This document shows positions 28,422 through 34,841 of a DNA stretch of 34,841 bases, one piece after another. Every line of letters begins with the position of its first letter. The first letter of the stretch is position 1. The stretch lies in contig JBDZUN010000006.1 in the NCBI GenBank assembly GCA_040255145.1, positions 1-34,841 on the forward strand. The letters are read 5' to 3'. The translations under genes and the position numbers were made by a program. The notes beneath the pieces were generated by a model that had not been told where the DNA came from, did no database searches, and saw only the letters and a program-made list of their open reading frames with translations. The DNA is from Hyphomicrobiales bacterium (GTDB taxonomy: Bacteria; Pseudomonadota; Alphaproteobacteria; JBDZUN01).

Positions 28422-28505
28422 CGTCATCGCGAACGGGGTGAAGCGATCCATCTTCCTTGCGGCATCTGGATTGCTTCGTCGGCCTTCGGCCTCCTCGCAA
28501 TGACG
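28422..28505. repeat. Palindromic intergenic repeat (CGTCATTGCGAG-type, RPE-like)
   Basis: CGTCATCGCGA...GAAGCGATCCA / TGGATTGCTTC...TCGCAATGACG nested inverted repeat between infC and rpmI. Confidence 0.85.
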
Positions 28506-28523
28506 GAAAGAAGATGACGCCGC

Positions 28524-29057
28524 TCAGCGCGGCGCCATCACCATGATCATCTGCCGGCCTTCCATGCGCGGGAACTGCTCGACCTTGGCGATCTCGTCGG
28601 AATCGGTCTGAACCCGCTTCAGCAGGTTGAAGCCGATTTCCTGGTGCGCCAGTTCCCGCCCGCGGAAGCGCAGCGTCACCTTGACCTTGTCGCCTTCTTC
28701 GAAGAAGCGCCGCATCGCCTTCATCTTCACGTCGTAATCGTGCGTGTCGATGTTCGGACGCATCTTGACCTCTTTGATCTCGATGGTCTTCTGCTTCTTG
28801 CGGGCTTCGTTGGCTTTCTTCTGCGCCTGATATTTGTATTTGCCGAAATCCATCACCTTGCAGACCGGCGGGTCTGCATTGGGCGAAATCTCCACCAGGT
28901 CGAGCCCGGATTCCTCGGCGCTGCGCATCGCTTCATCGATCAGGACGACGCCGTGATTTTCCCCTTCGGCATCGATGAAACGCACGCGCGGAACGGTGAT
29001 CATGTCGTTGATGCGCGGCCCTTCGCGCTGGGGCGGCGCTGGCGGTTGTCGGATGAT
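28524..29057 (-). CDS. infC: Translation initiation factor IF-3 with non-canonical ATC start
   Basis: [48 protein letters not shown]. The frame extends 18 codons above ATG 29003 to ATC 29057, 8 nt from a GAGGAG SD. Confidence 0.95.
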   Translation of the reverse strand: MIRQPPAPPQREGPRINDMITVPRVRFIDAEGENHGVVLIDEAMRSAEESGLDLVEISPNADPPVCKVMDFGKYKYQAQKKANEARKKQKTIEIKEVKMRPNIDTHDYDVKMKAMRRFFEEGDKVKVTLRFRGRELAHQEIGFNLLKRVQTDSDEIAKVEQFPRMEGRQMIMVMAPR

Positions 29058-29128
29058 GTACTTCTCTCCTCAGATTGTTCCCGCCGGAAGTGCCGGCTTC
29101 TGCAGGCGGCCGGCTTCCGGTCGGCTCG

Positions 29129-31108
29129 TTACGAATCCAGTACCGTACTGTGAGGTGGCCGCGCCCCCGCAAGGTCGGGCGGCACTGCCTCGACTTTAAA
29201 ATGATCCACAGCCGCGTCGAGCGCAAGACTCTGCTGTGCATCGGAGCCCAGGCGGCGGATCGAAACGGTGCCGTTCTCGCCCTCGCGCCGGCCGACCACC
29301 AACAGGACCGGCACCTTGGCCAGCGAATGTTCGCGCACCTTGTAGGTGATCTTCTCGTTGCGCAGGTCGATCTCGGCGCGCAGGCCGGCGGCGCGGCAGG
29401 CCGCCAGCACCTGCTCGGCATAGGCGTCGGCCTCCGACGTGATGGTCGTGACCATGATCTGGACCGGCGCCAGCCATAGCGGGAACCGGCCGGCATGATG
29501 CTCGATCAGGATGCCGATGAATCGCTCGAACGTGCCCAGGATCGCGCGGTGCAGCATGACCGGGCGGTGGCGATCGCCGTCCTGGCCGACATATTGCGCG
29601 CCGAGCCGCTCGGGCAGCACGAAGTCGAGCTGCAGCGTGCCGCACTGCCATTCGCGGCCGATCGCGTCTTCCAGCACGAATTCGAGCTTGGGGCCGTAGA
29701 ACGCGCCCTCGCCGGGATTGAGGGTGTAATCGAGCCCGACCGCCTCGACCGCCGATTTCAGCGCGGCCTCGGCGCGGTCCCAGGTCGCGTCGTCGCCGGC
29801 GCGCACCGGCGGCCGGTCGGAGAAGCGGATGCGCACCTCCTCGAAGCCCAGTTCCTTGTAGACGCCGAGCAGAAGGCGGCAGAACGCCTCCGTCTCGGGC
29901 AGGATCTGGTCCTCGGTGCAGAAGATGTGCGCGTCGTCCTGGACGAAGGCGCGCACGCGCATCAGGCCGTGCAGGGCGCCCGACGGCTCGAAGCGGTGGC
30001 AGGCGCCGAACTCGGCCATGCGCAGCGGCAGCTCGCGATAGCTTTTGAGGCCCTGGTTGAAGATCTGGACGTGCGCCGGGCAATTCATCGGCTTCAGCGC
30101 GTAGGTGCGGTCGTCGGCCTCGACGCCGAACATGTTCTCGCCGAACTTCTCCCAGTGGCCGGACGCCTCCCACAGCTTGCGGTCGATCAGGACCGGCGTC
30201 TTGACCTCGACATAGCCGGCCGCCTCGGTCTTGCGCCGGATATAGGCCTCGAGCAGGCGATAGAGCGTCCAGCCCTTGGGGTGCCAGAACGCCATGCCCG
30301 GCGCTTCTTCCTGGATATGGAACAGGTCCATCTCGCGGCCGATGCGGCGGTGGTCGCGCTTCTCCGCCTCCTCGATGCGGTGGAGATAGGCGGCGAGCTC
30401 CTTCTCGTCGCGCCAAGCGGTGCCGTAGATGCGCTGGAGCATCGGGTTGCGGTGGTCGCCGCGCCAATAGGCGCCGGCCAGCTTGGTCAGCTTGAAGCCC
30501 TGGCCGAGCTTGCCGGTCGAGGGCATGTGCGGCCCCCGGCACAGGTCGTGCCACGGCCCGTGGAAATAGAGCTTGATCGGCTCCCGCGCCGGGATCGCCT
30601 CGATCAGCTCGGCCTTGTAGGCCTCGCCCAGGTCACGGAAGTGGGCGACCGCCGCGTCGCGGTCCCAGACTTCGCAGCGGGTCGGCTCGTCGCGCTTGAC
30701 GATCTCGCGCATGCGCGCCTCGATCCGCTCCAGGTCCTCGGGCGTGAACGGCTCCTCGCGCGCGAAGTCGTAATAGAAGCCGTCCTCGATCACCGGGCCA
30801 ATCGTGACCTGGGTGCCGGGATAGAGCTCCTGCACCGCCATCGCCAGGATGTGCGCCGCGTCGTGGCGGATCAGCTCCAGCGCGTCGTCGTCCTTGCGCG
30901 TCACGATCTCGACCCGGGCGTCGTGGTCGATCGTGCCGAACAGGTCGGACAGCGCGCCGTCGACACGCGCCGCCAGCGCCGCCTTGGCCAGGCCGGGGCC
31001 GATCGACGCCGCGATCTCGGTGCCCGTGACCGGATGGTCGAAGGTCTTCGCGCTGCCGTCGGGCAGCGTGATGCGGATTTCGGCGGTCCGGGCTTCCGGG
31101 ATGGTCAT
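29129..31108 (-). CDS. thrS: Threonine--tRNA ligase
   Basis: TGS domain (ITLPDGS), [63 protein letters not shown]. Confidence 0.99.
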   Translation of the reverse strand: MTIPEARTAEIRITLPDGSAKTFDHPVTGTEIAASIGPGLAKAALAARVDGALSDLFGTIDHDARVEIVTRKDDDALELIRHDAAHILAMAVQELYPGTQVTIGPVIEDGFYYDFAREEPFTPEDLERIEARMREIVKRDEPTRCEVWDRDAAVAHFRDLGEAYKAELIEAIPAREPIKLYFHGPWHDLCRGPHMPSTGKLGQGFKLTKLAGAYWRGDHRNPMLQRIYGTAWRDEKELAAYLHRIEEAEKRDHRRIGREMDLFHIQEEAPGMAFWHPKGWTLYRLLEAYIRRKTEAAGYVEVKTPVLIDRKLWEASGHWEKFGENMFGVEADDRTYALKPMNCPAHVQIFNQGLKSYRELPLRMAEFGACHRFEPSGALHGLMRVRAFVQDDAHIFCTEDQILPETEAFCRLLLGVYKELGFEEVRIRFSDRPPVRAGDDATWDRAEAALKSAVEAVGLDYTLNPGEGAFYGPKLEFVLEDAIGREWQCGTLQLDFVLPERLGAQYVGQDGDRHRPVMLHRAILGTFERFIGILIEHHAGRFPLWLAPVQIMVTTITSEADAYAEQVLAACRAAGLRAEIDLRNEKITYKVREHSLAKVPVLLVVGRREGENGTVSIRRLGSDAQQSLALDAAVDHFKVEAVPPDLAGARPPHSTVLDS

Positions 31109-31207
31109 GGCGTGCTCCTGCCGCGGCGGCTGCGCGCCGCGGGAGGACCGAAGCTAGTGGCTTTGCCGGACCAGTCAAGGCGATGGGGCGCCCCTTCCCG
31201 GCACAAG

Positions 31208-31262
31208 CGTACACGTATCTTGTACGGTTTTGCTGGACCTACGTACCAATCTCTTGTACGCT
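31208..31262 (+). promoter_or_regulatory. higBA promoter with two palindromic operators
   Basis: CGTACA-N7-TGTACG (31208-31226) and CGTACC-N7-TGTACG (31242-31260); TGGACC (31234-31239)-N17-TACGCT (31257-31262). Confidence 0.65.
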
Positions 31263-31268
31263 TAAATC

Positions 31269-31550
31269 GTGATCAAAAGCTTTCACGATCGGCGGACGGA
31301 GGCGCTGTTCCGTGGGCGTGTGATGAAAGGCATCCCGGCGGATGTCGCCAGGATCGCGATCCGCAAGTTGATTGTGTTGAATGCCATCGACCGCGTTGAA
31401 GATTTGCGCGTGCCGCCTGGAAACCGTCTTGAGGAATTAAGGGACGACCGGATCGGGCAATATTCGATCAGAGTGAATAACTGCTGGCGAATTTGCTTCG
31501 TTTGGCGCGATGGGGACGCGCATCGGGTCGAATTCACCGACTATCACTAA
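31269..31550 (+). CDS. higB: HigB toxin (RelE/ParE superfamily)
   Basis: MIKSF, DLRVPPGNRLEEL..DR.GQYSIRVN..WRICF.W, terminal DYH; GTG start. Confidence 0.95.
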   Translation: MIKSFHDRRTEALFRGRVMKGIPADVARIAIRKLIVLNAIDRVEDLRVPPGNRLEELRDDRIGQYSIRVNNCWRICFVWRDGDAHRVEFTDYH

Positions 31551-31573
31551 TGGTACCAAGTTGGAGGCAGGCG

Positions 31574-31873
31574 ATGGCACGCGATATCCCATATCCCCAT
31601 CCCGGTGAAATCCTGAAGGAGGAATTCCTCAATCCGATGGGCCTGTCGGTCTACGCGGTCGCCAAGGCGATCGGCGTGCCGCGCAGCCGGCTCAACGAAA
31701 TCTGCCGTGGCAGGCAGGGTATCACCGCCGGCATTGCGCTTAAGCTGGCAAGGTTCTTTGGCATGGATCCGCGGTTCTTCATGAATCTCCAGACCGGATA
31801 TGACCTGGAGACGGCAACCGAGGCGCTGGCGGATCAACTCGACGCGATCGAGCCGGTGCATCGCGCGGCCTGA
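31574..31873 (+). CDS. higA: HigA antitoxin (XRE HTH)
   Basis: HPGEILKEEFL.PMGLS, ITAGIALKLARFFG, FMNLQ..YDL; GGAGG SD before ATG 31574; toxin-first order. Confidence 0.95.
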   Translation: MARDIPYPHPGEILKEEFLNPMGLSVYAVAKAIGVPRSRLNEICRGRQGITAGIALKLARFFGMDPRFFMNLQTGYDLETATEALADQLDAIEPVHRAA

Positions 31874-31958
31874 GGCGGCGGCGCGGGCGGTTCGGCCGGG
31901 TTTGGTGGCGGATCGAAGCGACTGGTAAGGTCGACCTCCGATTCACGCGGAGGATGCG

Positions 31959-32738
31959 ATGCCGCCCAGGGACCACCCGAAGATGTTGCGGCGGCCGGAC
32001 GGCGCGCAGATCGCCTATCGCGCGCGCACCGGGCCGGGCGGCGCCGGCGTGCTGTTCCTGGGCGGCTTCCGCTCCGACATGCAGGGCACCAAGGCGCTGG
32101 CGCTCGACCAATGGGCGACGCGGGCGGGGCGCGCCTTCGTCCGCTTCGACTATTTCGGCCACGGCGAGTCGTCCGGCGATTTCCGCCGCGGCACGATCGG
32201 GCGCTGGCTGGACGACGCGCTGGCCGTGCTGGACGAGACGACACGCGGCCCGCTGGTCGTGGTCGGGTCGAGCATGGGCGGCTGGCTGGCGCTGCATCTG
32301 GCGTTGAAGCGGCCCGATCGCGTGCGCGCGGTGGTCGGCATCGCCGCCGCGCCCGACTTCACCGAGGACCTGATGTGGGCGCGCTTTCCCGACCCGGTGC
32401 GTCGGACGCTGGAGGGCGAGGGGGTCTATCTGGAGCCGTCGGCCTATGACCCGGAGCCGACGCCGATCACCATGCGGCTGATCGAGGAGGGGCGGAGCCA
32501 TCTCCTGCTCGGCGGACCGATCGCGCTCGACATCCCGGTGCGGCTGTTCCAGGGCATGCGCGACCCCGACGTGCCGTGGCAGCACGCCTGCCGGCTGGTC
32601 GAGGCGCTGAGCGGCGCCGACGTGACCCTGACGCTGGTCAAGGAAGGCGACCACCGCCTGTCCGAGCCGGCCGACCTCGACCGCCTGGTGCGCGCCGTCG
32701 AGGAGCTGTGCACGGTAGCCGAACGGCGGCGCGCCTGA
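31959..32738 (+). CDS. Alpha/beta hydrolase (ABHD10-like)
   Basis: FLGGFRSDMQGTKA, RFDYFGHGES, VGSSMGGW nucleophile elbow, DPDVPW, GDHRLS. Confidence 0.92.
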   Translation: MPPRDHPKMLRRPDGAQIAYRARTGPGGAGVLFLGGFRSDMQGTKALALDQWATRAGRAFVRFDYFGHGESSGDFRRGTIGRWLDDALAVLDETTRGPLVVVGSSMGGWLALHLALKRPDRVRAVVGIAAAPDFTEDLMWARFPDPVRRTLEGEGVYLEPSAYDPEPTPITMRLIEEGRSHLLLGGPIALDIPVRLFQGMRDPDVPWQHACRLVEALSGADVTLTLVKEGDHRLSEPADLDRLVRAVEELCTVAERRRA

Positions 32739-32739
32739 A

Positions 32740-33228
32740 TCACCCGAGGGGCTTGGCGAAGATCGCCTTGGCGTCGCCGGGCCGGTAGAAGTCCGGCAGC
32801 AGTGCGACCTGGGCATAGCCGCAGGCGACGTATAGCGCGCGGGCCGGGGCGTAGGGCGGGGTCGCCGAGGTGTCGATGAACATCCGTCGGGCACCTCGGG
32901 CGGTTGCCTCGGCCTCGGTGCGATCCAGGATCGCGCGGGCGAGGCCGGCGCCCTGGCGGGCGGGATGCACCGCGATCCAGTAGAGGTCGAAGCTGCCCTC
33001 GGTGCCGGGGATCGGGCCGAAGCAGGCATAGCCGGCGATCGCGCCGTCCTGTTCGGCGATCATGAAGTGATAGCCGCTGTCGCCGCCGCGCGCGCGACGT
33101 TCCGCGGCCACCTCCCCGGCAATGGCGATTTCATCGGCCGAGAACACGCCGGTCTCCGCGACCAGCGCCATGAGCGCTGCGTCGTCGCCGGCGCGGATTT
33201 CGGTGCGCCAGCGGATCGCGCCGCTCAC
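32740..33228 (-). CDS. GNAT family N-acetyltransferase
   Basis: GTG 33228 overlaps the upstream stop (GTGA); GYACFGPIPGT, DLYWIAVHPARQGAGLA acetyl-CoA motif, ARALY...GY, DFYRPGD. Confidence 0.92.
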   Translation of the reverse strand: MSGAIRWRTEIRAGDDAALMALVAETGVFSADEIAIAGEVAAERRARGGDSGYHFMIAEQDGAIAGYACFGPIPGTEGSFDLYWIAVHPARQGAGLARAILDRTEAEATARGARRMFIDTSATPPYAPARALYVACGYAQVALLPDFYRPGDAKAIFAKPLG

Positions 33229-34223
33229 GCGGAAACCGCGATGCCGGTCCGACGGATGGCGGGACACGCCGCGTCGAGGATGCGGGCGATGACGGCGTCG
33301 AAGCCGATGCCCGCTTCCGCCGCGGCGGCAACGAACCCCGCGTCGGGCGCGAGGCACGGATTGGCGTTGACCTCTAGCACCCACAGACCACCCGCCGCGT
33401 CCATGCGGAAATCGACGCGGGCATAGCCGGACAGGGCGAACAATTCCCAGCAGGCGACGGCCAGGTCGTGGAGCCGCGCGGTCAGCCGGGAATCGCGCGC
33501 CGGCGCGAAGCTGCGGGTCGTACCGCGATATTCGGGGCTGTCGGCACACCACTTGGCGGCGTAATCGACGATGCGCGGCCGACCCGCGGGCCAGGCGTCG
33601 AAGCGGATCTCGGCCGGCGGCAGCAGCATGGGTGCGTCGGCCGGGCCGAGCAGCGCGACGTTGAATTCGCGCCCCTCGACGAAGGCTTCGGCGAACCATT
33701 CGCCGCCCAGGCGCCGCCGGCGCTCGGCGATGGCCACGGGCACCTTGCCGGCCGGCACGACCGACGCGCCGTCCAGGCCGAGCGAGGCGTGCTCCCACGC
33801 CGACTTGACGATGAAGCGCCGATCCGGCGCGCTATCGGCGCAACACAGGAGTGGTGTCGGCAGGCCGGATTCGGCCAGCCGCGCCTTGGCCGCCGGCTTG
33901 TTCGAGGTCGCGGCCAGCGCCGCGGCCGGCGCGCCGGTATAGGGAATGTCCAGCGCCTCGAACAGGTCGGGGCCGAGGCCGATCAGCCGGCCCTTGCCGC
34001 TCGGCGCCTCGACCAGGTTGAACACGAGGTCGGGTGCGCGGCGTTGCAGGGTCTCGGCCGCCCGGTCCAGGTCGAGATCGAAGGACAGCGTCTCGACCCG
34101 CCAGCCGAGCCGGGCCAGTGCGCCGCCGACCGCCTGCGCCTGGATCAGCGTGTCCTGTGCGTCGGGCGGGGCGTCCGCCGCGACCGCATCGTGGACCACC
34201 AGGCAGAGCGGGTGGCTTTTCAT
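33225..34223 (-). CDS. D-Ala-D-Ala-ligase-like ATP-grasp enzyme (non-canonical)
   Basis: PDLVFNLVE, IPYTG, FIVKSAWEHASLG, EAFVEGREFNV, DYAAKW, GYARVDFR, VLEVNANP. ATG 34223 in an ATGA overlap. Confidence 0.9.
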   Translation of the reverse strand: MKSHPLCLVVHDAVAADAPPDAQDTLIQAQAVGGALARLGWRVETLSFDLDLDRAAETLQRRAPDLVFNLVEAPSGKGRLIGLGPDLFEALDIPYTGAPAAALAATSNKPAAKARLAESGLPTPLLCCADSAPDRRFIVKSAWEHASLGLDGASVVPAGKVPVAIAERRRRLGGEWFAEAFVEGREFNVALLGPADAPMLLPPAEIRFDAWPAGRPRIVDYAAKWCADSPEYRGTTRSFAPARDSRLTARLHDLAVACWELFALSGYARVDFRMDAAGGLWVLEVNANPCLAPDAGFVAAAAEAGIGFDAVIARILDAACPAIRRTGIAVSA

Positions 34224-34841
34224 GCGGGGACCGAGTGCCGTGCCGCCGACGCCAGCGCCGGATGCCGGTCCAGGAAGGAATCGACGATCCGGTCGATCAG
34301 GGTGCGATGGTCGATGCCGGCGAGCCGGGCCAGGATCACCAGATCGGAGCGGACCGGATGCAGCCCGGCCAGCGGATTGAGCTCCAATATTTGCGGCGCC
34401 CCGTCGGCGTCGGAGCGCAGGTCGACGCGGCCGCCGTCGCGCGCGCCGAGCGCCCGCCACGCCGCGAGCGCCAGCGCCTCCGCCCGCCTGGCCCCGTCGT
34501 CGTCCGCCAGGGCGTAGGCGACGCGGCCCTCGTAATGCTCTTTGTTGGCGAAGGAGTAGAAGTCGTGCTCGGCGCGCGGCAGGAAGCGCACCTCCATGAC
34601 CCCGAGCGATCGGGCGGTCGCACCCGTGCCCGTGATGCCGACCGTGAACTCGCGCCCCGGCAGGTAGGCTTCGATCAGCACCGGCTGGGCGAAACGCGCG
34701 ATCAACGCGCCGGCGGCGTGCGCGAGCGCGTCGGGATTGTCGCAGCGGGCGTCGGGGCCGATGCCCTTGCCGGTGCCCTCGGCCAGCGGCTTGACGAACA
34801 CGGGATAGGGCAGGGGTACGGCGCGCGCGGCTGCGGCGTCG
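34220..34841 (-). CDS. Second Ddl-like ATP-grasp enzyme, C-terminal part (5' end outside window)
   Basis: PYPVFVKPLAEGTGKGI, LIEAYLPGREFTVG, GRVDLR, ILELNPLAGL; the frame is open to the window edge. Confidence 0.9.
   Translation of the reverse strand, partial: DAAAARAVPLPYPVFVKPLAEGTGKGIGPDARCDNPDALAHAAGALIARFAQPVLIEAYLPGREFTVGITGTGATARSLGVMEVRFLPRAEHDFYSFANKEHYEGRVAYALADDDGARRAEALALAAWRALGARDGGRVDLRSDADGAPQILELNPLAGLHPVRSDLVILARLAGIDHRTLIDRIVDSFLDRHPALASAARHSVPA

Noticed and set aside
32740-33798. 352 aa ORF suggesting a GNAT with a long N-terminal domain
   Set aside because: The upstream part overlaps the ATP-grasp gene in another frame; the GNAT starts at GTG 33228.
33225-34841. Van-type glycopeptide resistance ligases
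   Set aside because: No vanH, vanX or vanRS in view, and the ligase motifs diverge from both Ddl and VanA/B types.

Overview
High-GC alphaproteobacterial chromosomal segment, mostly core genes. Left to right: cspA, small lipoproteins, a VOC protein, and a minus-strand block containing mcl2, mch, sdhC, sdhD, sdhA and zapE. Next come a Lap-type type I secretion trio (MFP, ABC, TolC) with no cargo gene, and a cell-cycle regulatory cluster (mucR, a Cle-type c-di-GMP-binding CheY-like protein, a CtrA box, and a DUF6456/GafZ-like regulator lacking an adjacent GafY). These are followed by DUF484-xerC, asmA, opgG with a split opgH, an sdhB displaced about 20 kb from sdhCDA, mmsA, thrS-infC-rpmI-rplT, a higBA toxin-antitoxin module and an alpha/beta hydrolase. 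At the right edge is a truncated, translationally coupled operon of two non-canonical Ddl-like ATP-grasp ligases plus a GNAT. Three alphaproteobacterial intergenic palindromic repeats are present. I saw no rRNA, tRNA, CRISPR array, transposase or prophage. Best candidates for new biology: the ATP-grasp/ATP-grasp/GNAT operon, the solo GafZ-like regulator and its promoter architecture, the relocated sdhB, and the split OpgH. All family calls come from motif recognition and recalled homologues, not database searches.
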